Assembly: GCA_030704615.1 (NCBI GenBank)
Contig: CM060731.1
Coordinates: 67,022,001-67,086,000, forward strand
Origin: Takakia lepidozioides
Lineage: Eukaryota > Plantae > Bryophyta
Length of the DNA: 64,000 nucleotides
Reading direction: 5' to 3'
In this document: positions 49,601 to 61,900 of the stretch, one piece after another
How positions within the stretch are numbered: the stretch's first letter is position 1
Layout: each line of letters starts with the position of its first letter
Program-made: the position numbers and the translations under genes
Notes under the pieces: generated by a model
Databases searched by the model: none
Seen by the model: the letters and a program-made list of their open reading frames with translations, nothing else
What the model was told of the DNA's origin: nothing

Positions 49601-52600
49601 GGCTCCATCAGCTCCAGACTGTTTGAAAATGGTTCACAATGTAGTTCGTTTACATATATCTCATCGGAAGCATCCAATAGATGGCCCAGTGGTGCACAAA
49701 GCCGCCTTACAAGTGGTTACTTTATGTGTCACCTCGGGACTTTCAAGTCCTTTGGGGAGGTTTGGGCAACCATGGTACCCTGGTTACAGCCATTAGTAGT
49801 GTCCGCCTTCCCCAACGGAAGGCAGTAGTCTTTCGGGGTGATGAGACACCTTAATTTACACTCGCTTCAGCATGCCTCTACCTTACCTCTTTATTCATCG
49901 CATTTGCTAACTTGATTTTTCTAGTGTTTTATCAGCTTTGACGATCCAGGGCCACATGGGCAAGGGCGCTACTTGGACAGCATGATGCCTGAGATAAGGA
50001 GAGCGGATTGGAGGAAAGGGGCACAGGTATTCTTCTAACCTTGATCACATCTATGGATATTCACTACATGAAGCACTGCCGTTTTCTATTGGTCAAATTA
50101 AGACCCCAATATATGGAGATGATTTGTGTATGGGGTTGGGAGCTCGTTTCTGACGTAGGTTTCCCTCTCCACAGTTCTTCCCTCTGTTTTGTGAAAGGGC
50201 TCACATTTACCTGTGATTAAATGCCACTTTGGCTATTGGTGTGTGCAGTGGTTTGCGGTCACTAGGAATCACGCCTTACTGATTGTCGCTGATCATCTCT
50301 ACCATGAGAAGTTCCAAAAGTTTTGCAAGGTATCTGTCTACCCTTCACATGTGGACCCTGTATTTCTAACTAGTGTTGGAGGTGTCAAGGCTATAGCCTT
50401 TGCACGACACTATGAGAACAGAACGGGATGGGTAGCTCAATGGTAGAGCACCCCACTGGAATGGGGGAGGTCCTAGGTTCAATCCCTAGCCCGACCACAC
50501 GCCAGTGGTTTTCCAACATGGTATCAGAGCCAAGGTTGGGGCGGTGGTCAGAATGGGTGGGCATTAGCATAAGGGCTATGCCTTGAGGGGGAGTGTTGGA
50601 GGTGTCAAGGCTATAGCCCTTGCACGACACTCTGAGAACAGAACGGGACGGGTAGCTCAATGGTAGAGCACCCCACCGGAATGGGGGAGGTCCTAGGTTC
50701 AATCCCTAGCCCGACCACACGCCAGTGGTTTTCCAACAACTAGAAGATGACCGGTCTGCTTATTAACCGACAGAAGGGGATGCATATGTATCTGAGACAG
50801 ACTGTGTTTGTGTTTGTTGTCTGGTGTCTTTACTACGACTCAACGGTGGTAGGATACTGTACACAACTCACTACACGTGTCATCCTGTCAACATCGACAA
50901 AGAGCATAGAGCTAAGTTGGCATACATCCCATGCATTCATATGCTCCAAACTGGAGATCTTCCTTGTGGTGTCCCAGGTGCCTTGAAGACTCCTGAACGT
51001 TCCATTACAAGGTCCTCTCTTCAGTTGCAGGTGGAAAGCCCACCACCCATTGTCATGGCTTTAGTTCTGGTTTGGAAAGGTTAGATATACACCTCAAGCA
51101 TTAACCTTCACTGTTAGTTCACACTATGGTTCCAAGTCTGGTGAGTTTAAGAGAGTTGCTCAACAAATAGAGAATCTCGTCCAGGGAAGTGCTTATGTAT
51201 CTGCACCTCATCAGTGCTGATGTAACCGGTCTTGATCACAACTTGGGGCTCCTGGCATTGGAGTTGGACATGTTACTGCATGTCAGTGATAACAAGTGTC
51301 ATTTTGTCAGTAGCACTGATTGTGAGTACTGATTGACGTTTGGTGGCATTGGTCGGTGCAGCCTGGGAATGAAAATCGCAACTGCTACCCCGACGAACAC
51401 TATGTCCAGACCTACCTGCATGTATGATCTGTATTCATCACACTCACAGTGCATTTGATGTAGCAGACAAAGTGTGCACCTTGAAGATGTAGTCTGATCA
51501 AAGAAAAGGGATGAGCTTCAGTAAAAAGTACTTCAGAAAAGCATGCATCCCTCTGGCTGGCAAGAAGCTCTAGGCAAATAAAATTCAAGATAAGGAGTGT
51601 TGATTTCATCAATGTTCTAAAGGGTGACAGTCACAATTCTGATTTATAGAGGTCCAAAAATCGGTTTCTTGATGAAACTCTCCTTTCCATTCCTTGTCCA
51701 GTTACAAGCAGGCGAACTCAATCGGCTTGCTTCCGCATCGTGCTCTATGTGAGATGAGTTGTGGGTGGGTGTACATCAAGTGTTAAAAGACCCACCCCTC
51801 TACCTGTGTAGTGCTCCTTAATATTAGAACCTAAGCCACAGCCCTTCTTAAGCAGATTAACTTGGTAAGATGAGTTACCACTAAAACTGATATATATATG
51901 TACACGGCTTCTGATGTATGAGAATTTGTGTTGATTACGTACCGATGTGTGACAGCAACAATTCTTGTCTGCTCACAGATTGTGGACCCGGGTAACTTAT
52001 CCAATTGGACAGTGACGCATGTGGATTGGTCGGAGGGGAAGTGGCATCCCAAGTCATACGTGACTGGAGACATCACTAAGGCCACGCTAGCTGCAATTCA
52101 GGTACACAAAACTGCAGACAGTACTCTTCCCACCAACTGTGAATGGCACTACAATGTAAATCCAATAAGGTTCATCCAGTTGTAATGCTGATGTCAATAT
52201 TACAGCTCTACATGTGAATTCTCTCAAATTTTTGGCTTTGGTAGGGCTGCTTCATGGGTTTGAAAGCTAAGTGAGAAAGTGGCTGCCATGCAGAGTATCG
52301 ACCAGCATGTCCATGTCAGCAGCGATGGCCATGTATGTGGTATCTCCACCTGTCTGTTGTGCACACATTTCTCTCTCCCTTTGTTTGTATTCTCTCTAGC
52401 CTGTTGTCACTACAGTACAGTCACAGTCACTATTCACATCTGTGGTAATCAGGGCCTACATCAGCAGTGGTTAAGTGAATGTTTTGCTCTCTAACATACT
52501 GTGCATGTGAGCCCTTGATTTTACAATGAAATCAACCGTAGTAGTTGAACACCGGCTCTCTACCAGCACTGTTGGTGATTTCGGCAGAATTCTTACTCCG

Positions 52601-52792
52601 ATTAGAATTCCCAGTATTCTGAAAGACTGTGAGCTTGGGTGCGTGCAGCAAATAAAAACTGTGAGACCATGCACATGGAATGGGCAGCAACGACCCTGCT
52701 TTCTGTTTGCCCGCAAGTTCACAGCAGAGACAGCTGATGCCTTACTGGAAATGCTACCAAAAGTGACATGGCCAAGATCTAAAGTGGCTTGA
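46688..52792 (+). CDS. Core-2/I-branching beta-1,6-N-acetylglucosaminyltransferase-like protein (DUF266/BC10-like), type II membrane protein, multi-exon
   Basis: N-terminal TM helix, KLAFMFLTAGPLPME, YSVYVHAS, VFWGKIEMVDAERRLLANALRD, SESCIPLYDF, WRKGAQWF, NCYPDEHYVQT, NWTVTHVDWS, CFLFARKF; stop ends at 52792. Confidence 0.93.
50426..50497 (+). promoter_or_regulatory. tRNA-like module (Pol III A and B boxes) in the 5' LTR
   Basis: A-box TAGCTCAATGG, D-arm GCTC/GAGC, stem CCCCA/TGGGG with a 6-nt loop, T-arm CTAGG-TTCAATC-CCTAG, acceptor-like GGATGGG/CCCGACC-A. Confidence 0.88.
50646..50717 (+). promoter_or_regulatory. tRNA-like module (Pol III A and B boxes) in the 3' LTR
   Basis: Same cloverleaf as 50426-50497, with acceptor GGACGGG/CCCGACC and loop CCGGAA. 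Confidence 0.88.
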
Positions 52793-55749
52793 AGTAAGCA
52801 ATTTTTGTGGAGTCCATCTGTATGTGGTCCATCTAGGCAATGGAGTGAGTTACGGATGGAGATGCTGCCTAGTGTTTCCTGAATTTGATGCTGATGGAGT
52901 AACCTCTTGTTTCCTCACAGCGAACCAGCTTGAGATGGTAAAGGTAACTTGTCCAATGTGTCAGATCATAAAGAAGAGTCTTCATCATTCCAAGATCAGG
53001 GAGACTGAGGGATAGAGGGCAATGTCAGGATGAGTTTGAAGCGGCATTTTTCTCATGACATTTGGGCAGCTGATCCAAGCTGCCCTTCCGATTTCCAGCT
53101 TCTGTCAAATCAACCCTATTTGAATTGGGGTGTGGTTGCATACTATATTTGCAACTAGAAAAGTCCAGCTTGTCACAGGATACCATAGACACAGCAATGT
53201 TTCTACTTCTCTATTCCCATCGCTATGAAGACCTTCACTCATGGTCTGGTAGACCTGAAGTCCAGTATGGAAGATAGGAAGAGCTCACTTGGCATGCTGT
53301 CGGTTTGTGGTCATAGACCTCAAGCTCATCTGGCAAGATAGAAAGGCAACATTGCTTACTGTAGGCTGCCTTTAACCCGACCCTGCATTCAATACAACGA
53401 TATGTTGAGAAAGTTTGAAGATTATTGATGGCTGCGACTAACCCACCATCTCATTTCTGTGTGTTCTGCATGTGTGTTGCTGAGCTGTTGGGTATTTAGG
53501 AGACTGATTTCTATTCCAAAAGCTGTTCTCCCAGCTAAATTCTTTCAAATTTGGGTTATTTATCCTTGAAAAGAAAGGGTTTTGTAAGGTCAACTCTTCA
53601 AAATTGGGAGTAGGAGTCTTACTAGCCCATAACTTTTTGAAGTTTGCTTGTTTAATTTTCGTTTCATTAGATGAAACTGTTGAATTGAAAATCTTGGAAA
53701 AGAAGTTCGTCATTTTGAACTCTTTCAAATTTGAATCGGCTATTCACGAAAGTCAGGAGTCTCAGCAGCTAAATCTCTCTTAACCTAGGTATTCGTTACT
53801 TCCTCTCTCATGTGTATCTCAATGTATGTAGTAGAGGTGGTTGTCTGCAGCTGGCCTACATGCAGGTTAAGTTACTACAATTGCCTCGGGAAAAGTTGCA
53901 GCTGGTCCAGTCCAGCCTCTGTTGGACGTGACTTAACCCTTGGTTGAACTTCCAGTTGGGAAATAGAAGTGTTTCTTTTAGGAAGAAAGATGTATAGATG
54001 TCTGTTGATGGTGTACAAAGTGGGAGTGAGAGGCATCTTGGATGTTCCTCTGTGAACTGCAAAGCAGTTGATGAATTTGTCTTACCCATCCCGTAGAGGA
54101 AGGAGAACGTCGGTAACAGCCAAAACTTGAGATTACACGCCAATGGACTTTTTTTTCAAAAATATCTTATGCAAATATAGTCTACACCAGTGATACTTTT
54201 TCAAAAGGTCATAAACTTACAACCCTGCATTTTTATGCATTAAAATGGAAGCTTAAGTGGACATCTTCTAATGTCCGTAAAACAGCAATGTGGCTGTCCA
54301 AATTTTATCCCAACAATAACTCGAATTAAAAATTCTTCAAGTACCTAGACATTAAAGGTGTCCGTTAAGTGAACCGGATGGAGGGCGAGTGCGGCCAGTT
54401 CGGCCAAAAGACGCTATGAATGTCAAAAGGCGGGGCGGGCAAAGTACAAGCAAATAAAACACAGGGCGAAACTCAAAATCGCGTGAAAAAGGACGGAGAA
54501 CGCTTTTGATCCCCTGACTTCCGCATGTGCATCCACGGGCCCCACACCATGTGAAGGAAGTGAGACGCAGGTCCAAGGCTACAGCAAGGGAAGCTGTCCC
54601 TATTGCCCACGAGGAAGGAGGAGGTGGCAGGGGCACCTGGCATGGGGGCCCACGTTGCTGAGGCGCTCACCCGTCCCCACTTTTTGCCGCTCGTGCCCAT
54701 AGGCGCTTACTGCCCACCATCATGATATGTGGGGATGGATCATAGGGGCAAATAGAGGTTTATTAGGGTCCGGTTGACCCAACATCCTCCTTTTTATAGG
54801 TGGGTTGGCTATAATGGGTGACATCCAAGATTCTACACCGCTTTGAACCCAAACCACATGTAAGGCGACTTGTTCCCTAACCATTGGGTATCTATTGGAT
54901 TCAACTATATTTTCGATTAGTGGGGCTGCACGTTGCTCCGCTAGTAACGACTTTTGAGAGAATGTTCGAGTTTTATAAGAAGTTCAACATTTATCTCATT
55001 GATTGGAAATATATGTGAAAAACAATAGGAATAATGTGAGAACTTAATGCAAGCCTGCAATGTGACGATATTTTTTGCAGAGTTGGCTCTTTGAGCTTTG
55101 TTGAGAAAAAGGGGGTATTGGATCAACGGGTTACTTAACCCTCACACATTGGCCTACGGCCATTATAAGGTATTTAACTTTCAAATGGGAGGTGGTAGCC
55201 TTGTGAAGGCCCATTTCCTCCTAGTGACTTATTTCTTATTTCATCCATCCATCTATACTCATTCATCCAAAAAAAAAATTCGCTTTGTCTATCGTTAAAC
55301 CGTTACACTCATAGTTAAATTAGGGGTTAGTTTAGATGCTGGCTTCATCTTGGCCGTCCGATGAATCTATGGCCGGAAAGAGGCGCCGCGTGCTTAGCCT
55401 ATAGCGCCTCGCCACGCGGCAGCTTACGAGCCGCTCTAGGGTTAGTGTATAACCGGCGCTGACAAGAATCAGGGTCTTTGTGTACACCAGTGATCGTATG
55501 TGGAAAAGTGTGTGAAGCTCTGTACGCGTCAAGAAACCTGTATGTTGTCGTGTGAAAGATTCTCCTCTTGCGAGATTGCATGTTTTTCTTTGCTTCGCCC
55601 TGGTCTCATTTCACTCATTTAAGAGGATATGAGCATATGCTCTCGAGTTGTATTTGTGGTGGAGTCTCGCCGGATAATTTCTAGGGGTTTCTTTTGTCGT
55701 GCACCTTGAGGATGTTTCTTTTGTGGAGGATGTTCTCAAGGTGGCTATG

Positions 55750-58700
55750 GCGGAGCAAGTGAAGGCTACGCCACAGTCATGGTGGGCGGATAAGGCCCAA
55801 GAGATTGCTATCTAGCAACCAAAGGATGCATCTCCTACCTCTAAGCCTGGTGTACCCAAGGTTGCAGTAACTGAGGACAATTAGGAACCAAATGTTGGAC
55901 CTACAGTTACCGAAGGAGAGAGACGGAGGATCCAGCGATTTCTAAGGACTTACAGAAATTTTTTCGAAGGTTCTACAGGTATAGTGACATGGAGAGGTCT
56001 TTGATCCAGTCACGGACTATGGAGTTGTTCGAAGCTAGATTGGTGGAGTTGTCAGGTGGGGAGTATGCCTCGGCAACAGTGAAGTTAGCTAAGAATGATA
56101 TCTATGGCAATTGGACAGAAAGAAAGATGTGTGGGGACTATCGGCATGTGAACCATTAGACTAAGTCCGATAGATATGTCATGCCAACTGCAGAGGAGAT
56201 ATTTGATGCCATTGGGCATGCGAAGGTGTTTAGCACATTGGACTTGCGATCCGGTTACCACCAGTTGCCAATCAAAGAGGCTGACAAGCAAAAGACGACA
56301 TTCTGGGGGATTGACCGACATATGAAGGATTGCTTGTGCCAATGGCAGTTCCTACCGTTTGGATTGAAAAATGCTCCTATAGAGTTCAGAGGGTAATGGG
56401 TAGGATTCTTACGGGGCTAGACTTCGTCCGATGCTACATTAATTGATTACATGATCATCATCTTTAGTGCTATGATTGAGGAGCACGAGAGACACCTTCA
56501 GATGGCGTTTGAGAGCACATGGGTTGAAAATATTGCACTCCGGGAAGCGCAAGTTCTCCACAACCAGATTGAGTATCTGGACCACGTGATATACCCTGGA
56601 GGATTGGGTGTTCAAAGGACCTGTTGAGGCCATTCCACGCATTCCACGCCCCGTAGATGTTAGCAAGAGTTCGTGCTTTCATGGGGTTGACAAACTATTA
56701 TTGACGGTTTGTCAAGGGATTTAGCAGCATTACAAAGGCTCTTACCGAGTTGACCAAGGTGGATCATGAGTGGCAGTGGGAGGAGGAGTAGGATGAAGCC
56801 TTTGAGGAACTCAAGGCTCAATTGACTTCTGCACCTATTTTGAGGCGGCCTATTCGGGGGCGACCTTCCAGCTACATACGGATTGGAGTATGTTGGGGAT
56901 TGGAGCAGTGCTCACACAAGTGGATGATGAGGGAAGAGAGTTCATAGTGGCCTATGCTAGCCGCTCGAACAATGATGTTGAGGCGAAGTATAGATCATAT
57001 GAAAGAGAGTGTTTAGCTGGAGTATGGATTGTGGCACATTTCAGATGTTAGTTCCATGGCAATCTCTTCACCCTTGTCACGGATCACCAACCATTGAAGT
57101 GGTTTATGGAGTCAAACAAGCTTACAGAGAAGCTTGCACGGTGGGCACTTATGCTTCAAGAGTACAACTTTTAGGTGGTGCATCGAGCCGGTATAGTCAA
57201 TCGGGATGCAGATGGATTGAGTCATAATCCATGCACGAGCAAGAATGATGATACTGGATCTCGGTGGCGATGAGGAGATGGTCCCAGGATGTCATGCATC
57301 TGCATTTTTTTGCATTCTAGCAACATGGGAGCTCAAGCTGGTCCATCCCATAGGATTGGTCATGTAGATGGTGTGCATGACGATCCGGAGATCAGTGAGG
57401 AGCTTGGTGGTACTAAGGATGTGTATAAAGATGCAGCAGTGTTGGCATACCTTCGTACCGGAGAGACAACAGCCAGTGTGACTGCTAAGGAAAGAGATCG
57501 AATCCTACAACGAGCCAAGAGGTTCAAGTGGGAGGGGACTCACCTACTCCGTGTATGGGAGGATGGATGAGTGAGGATTGTGCCTCACCCAACACAATGA
57601 GTGCGATTGGTACGCCATGCCCATGAGGAATTGGGACATTTTGGGGTGCGACGCACTCATAGTTTGCTACAAGGACAGTATTGGTGGCGGGGCATGCACA
57701 CAAATGTGCAGCAGCTAGTGGAAGGGTGCATGGTGTGTGATAGAGTGCAAGCTTCTTTCAACGCAACTACCCACAATTGCATCTTTACCCATTATAGGTT
57801 TGGGCTATCGTTGGAGTCTTGACTTCGCAGGCCCATTGCCACTAACAATTCGCCATAACAAGTATGTGTTGGTGATGGTGGAACGTTTCTCCAAATGGAT
57901 TGAACTGGTGGTATCGCTTGACAAGGCAAGTGAGGGGGCCGCGTATGCATTCTTAGATCAAGTGCTTAGCCAATTTGGTGTTCCAGCCGAGGTACTCACG
58001 GACCAGGGGAGAGAGTTCTTGGGGGAGTTTCAGGTTTTGTGCGAGCAAGCCTTGATAGATCACCGCACTACTTCTCGGAATCATCCCGAGGCTGATGGCT
58101 TGGCGGAGAGAGATGTTCAAACAGTCAAGAGGGGTTTGCATAAGTATGGTTTGCAGAAGGGACACCTAGGAAATTGGGACCTTCAGCTACATTGGTTGGC
58201 TATGGGCTATAGATTCAGCAAACAAACGTCACTTGCCTCATTCTCACCTTACTTTCTTCTCTTCGGCCGGGAGCCAGAGTTGCTTGCATCTATTCGCAAG
58301 GAGGCTTAGTAGTCCTCAATCTTGATTATCCAGATGTATGGACACAAACGTGTGACCAACGGTCAGAGTTGTTCAATGCCTATGCCTATGGCTTTTGATA
58401 ACCTTGTTATTGCCCAACACCGAGACACATTGAGGTATGTCACTTTACGTGGATGAGGATATCGACCGGGTGTTCGGAGATTCAACCCTGGGGACTATGT
58501 ATACTTGCAGCAGACAGCACCAACGACCGTGGATGTCACAGCAGGGCGTATGTTTCTAAGGATCAGGGAGGTGTTGCCTTCAGGAGTGTTGATTATGGAG
58601 GGTCGGGATGGCATACGGTATGGAAAGACCATGTGCGCAATTGTGCGTTATGTCACCTTCCCCATATGGATGAGATGATAGATCCCAACCTTGCAGTCGT

Positions 58701-58847
58701 ACCTGTAGGGTTGCATTGTATGCTATGTGGGCATGCTGGTGGTGCCGCAACCATGTTAGTGTGTGGCACATGGGATGTTTAATACCGCTACTTGAGGAGG
58801 TTCCTAGCGGAGAATGGTTGTGTCCACAATGCCTTAAACATAGGTAA
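55750..58847 (+). mobile_element. Degenerate Ty3/Gypsy pol: RT, RNase H, integrase, PHD finger
   Basis: MPTAEEIFDAIGHAKVFSTLDLRSGYHQLPI (RT), VAYASRS and LVTDHQPLKW (RNase H), HEELGHFG...CMVC (H2C2), WSLDFAGPLP...VLTDQGREF...ADGLAER (integrase), C-terminal CMLC...WHMGC...EWLCPQC; many stops and frameshifts; LTRs not identified; left edge approximate. Confidence 0.92.
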
Positions 58848-58988
58848 TGGGCATGATATGGTTAGGTTGGCAAGTGATCCAACCTAACCACATAAACTAA
58901 GTCAAGCCAAGGGCACCTTTGCTAAAGGAATCAAACTCATGCTACAGCTCTCTTTTGTCTTGCTCATGGCATATCCATTCCAGGCAGC

Positions 58989-61900
58989 ATGCATGGTCTG
59001 CCCCCATGCCATGCCATCCCGCAATTGACAACTCAGCCTTATCCAGAGTATACCACGGGTGAGGATTTTGATAGGTTTCTTCAAATGTTTGAGATTATTG
59101 CTCATGCTGTGAATGGGGTGCCTGAAAATTTTAAAGTAACAATCTTTAGAATGAGCATGACGGGGCCAGGTCGTGATTTACTACATGCAGCTGTCATGGA
59201 TGATCCTCAGCTCAATTGGGCTACCCTTATCGAGTGGGCTAGAACCTTGTTCAAACCTTTGGAGCGGCCTCTAGATTGTTTCACCAAATTTTCCTCTAGA
59301 ACCTACCAGCCACGGAAGCCCTTATGGAAGTACTACATGGATCTCAAGTTGGCTGCTACTGAAAACATTACGGATGCAGCAGACAGGGATCATATGATCA
59401 AGGTATACTTCCTTCTTGGTTTTCCCCCTGCTATTCAACCTTCGGCTCAGCGTCGTTATTTTGTTAATGATATGTCTATGCTAGCGGAGGTTGGTCTTAA
59501 AATGGCAGACTTGGCTAACAGCAAACCGATGCAAAGTCATGCCAGACTTCAAGCTCTTGTGGGCTCTGAAGCTGACATGCATGCGACATCTCTCCCCTAT
59601 GTGCCACCTGCAATGCAATCTAGGTCAGAAGATTTTTCTCTATAGTAGTTAGCCAACATGATAGGGAGTCTCTGTACAGTCTGTTGACACACAATTTGCT
59701 GCCTTATAGACCAATCAACAGCGAACTGGTTGGTAGCCCAGGAGGACTCAAGGCCAGCCCAATGGTGCTAATAGGGGTCGTACTCAGACTGGTCAGGGGC
59801 TTATGAGGGCAATCGTGTTGCCTGCTATATTTGTGGGTCATTTGAGCATTGGACTAGAAGCATTGCCCTGACAGGGAAGGATTGCCAAAACTGATCAAGA
59901 ACAAGAAAGCTGCCAAGAGTTCATCCCCTTCTTTAAGCTAAAGAGACATCTTGGGAAGGGGACAAAGGTCCACCATCTACCAACCCTACAAGCTATTTTA
60001 TCCACTAACTTCAAGTTTTCCATTGTCCGCTCAGCAAACGATCTACAGGTCAGCGGATCAGCCCTCTTATGGCCCAATGCCATATCCATGAGTTAAGTTT
60101 TCATGCATAGTGGATACCGGATGTACTATGTTAGCAATACCTTTAAATGTTGTGAGGGTCCTTGGTTTTAAATTATGTCCTGCCTTTGGCCTTGAAGTGC
60201 TAATTGCAGATGGATCCAGATATAAGCCTCTTGGTCTGATCATTGTACCCATCCGAATGCACAAGAAAGAGGTTGTGATCACCTGCATAGTCTACTATTG
60301 GGGATCAATTTTTACTTGGCACTACAACAGATCGCGGTAGTTATGACTGCCAAACTGTGGTAGTCATGGTTTTCTTGAGTTTGACCGTGACTGCACCATG
60401 TTTTTATATGAAATTGACCTCCCGCAGTCGTTTATACGACTGTACTCATATGAATGACTATCTAAATAGTTGTCTGTATGACTACATGGTTCCGGAATGG
60501 GCGGAAGGCTGGTCAACGGCAATTGACCAGATTTAGCTCACCATTCATAGTCATTTCCATGACTACAGTGTACATGGATGAGATTACATAGTCATGATGA
60601 CTACTGGGGATTTTGTAATTTGGTGTGTATAATACAATTAAAACACCATATGATCACATGAATGACTAATGGGTATATTGGTTAGCAGGTAGTGAACTAT
60701 AACTTTTATAGTAAAGAGGTTACAGGTTCAAACTCCTTTAAGTACAATCAAATGGATAAGATGGCCCTAGGGTTAGTAGGCGGGCTAGGGATAGCACGTG
60801 GTAGCCTAGATGGGCTGTCACGTGGCATTTTCATTATTATAAAACACATTATGCCACGTGGCACAATGCGGTGCGACGCGGCGTCCGACATATGTTTTTT
60901 AAAAAAATAGTTTTTTAAATTAAATTAATTTTTTAATCAATTGCGCCTCGCCACGTGGCGCGGTAGCGGCGACTGCAGTATGATGGTATATATGACTGCA
61001 GTGAGAGATATCACTTGGTTCATCTGACTGTAGACATCCGGACCGTACCATCTTGTACTCATTGTATTCATTTGGTTTGCACGACTTACAGTCATAGTGT
61101 CATATGTACCGTTTATGACTGCAGAATAGTCATATATACAGTCAGAAATACCGCAATCTGTTGTAGTGTGGTCTCGACTAGATGACTGGAGCTGGGGCCA
61201 CCATTAGTCTGACAGACAGTTATTCGCTTCACTTTAACAATGGTGAGGGCCATGAGGTAGTTGTACCCTTGAAGGCAGTGAAACTCAAGGCTGGATCTGC
61301 CACAACCAATCTCTCCCGAGTGCAGGTCCTGGAAAAAGAGGTACAACAAAACTCTCACTCCAACCTCAATTGAAATGAATTTTACAAATTACAGCCTGAT
61401 CTTCAGCTTTTGTATCAATGGCATATTTCTGATGCAGCTAGTATACATGGGTGCCCATAGCCATTCCCAGGAACTCCTGATTTGTGTTCTTATTAATATC
61501 ACAATTCCTGCCATGACCCATAAGGTGGTTAAATCTGATCTAGCCTTCTTGTGTCCAGCTGCTCATCTCCTTGAATTTGAGGGTTGGAGGAGGCTTACTG
61601 CCAGCCTCAAGCATTGCCTGGTTGCTACTAGTGTGGTAGATCGAGGTTACTGAGCGCTTTCCTGTTACTATCAAGAAGGGGTCCTGGCCCGCATTACTGC
61701 CTTACTCATTGCTGAATTACGAGAAGTTCAAGCAAGCTTTGGGTTAGAGGCCATTGGCATTCAACATGGTCCTATGGATGCTTTTGCTGCAATTGCTCAT
61801 CCACCTCTCCCTCATCAAATTCATGAAGGTAAAGCTGCCCTCACCAAAGTCCTATCTGAAATCAAATTAGACACCATTCTTTCATCATGACAAAAGAAAA

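Larger units (their letters stand above)
50374..50738 (+). mobile_element. Complete TRIM (miniature non-autonomous LTR retrotransposon) with tRNA-derived LTRs
   Basis: 5-bp TSD ACTAG (50369-50373, 50739-50743); 145-bp LTRs 50374-50518 and 50594-50738 (TGTTGGA...TCCAACA, 4 mismatches); PBS TGGTATCAGAGC at 50519; PPT GAGGGGGAG at 50585-50593; 75-bp internal region. Confidence 0.96.

Noticed and set aside
50426-50717. Two tandem functional tRNA genes
   Set aside because: Anticodon loop is 6 nt, the acceptor stem has a mismatch, and both copies lie inside LTRs bounded by TSD, PBS and PPT.
50374-50738. CRISPR-like repeat-spacer unit or simple tandem duplication
   Set aside because: Eukaryotic locus with no cas genes; the 145-bp repeats have all LTR hallmarks.
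78-52792. Non-canonical (U12 or GC-AG) introns in the four host genes
   Set aside because: All junctions I traced were ordinary GT-AG; not every intron was checked exhaustively.
53438-54143. Minus-strand AT-rich ORFs as an organellar insertion or gene
   Set aside because: No recognisable organellar or protein motif; short frames with stops.
54230-55750. Candidate 5' LTR/PBS of the first Gypsy element
   Set aside because: No second copy, PBS or TSD found in the window.
58859-58902. Helitron 3' end (hairpin plus CTRR)
   Set aside because: The hairpin is not GC-rich, the downstream CTAAG does not fit the CTRR/T insertion rule, and no 5' TC end was identified.
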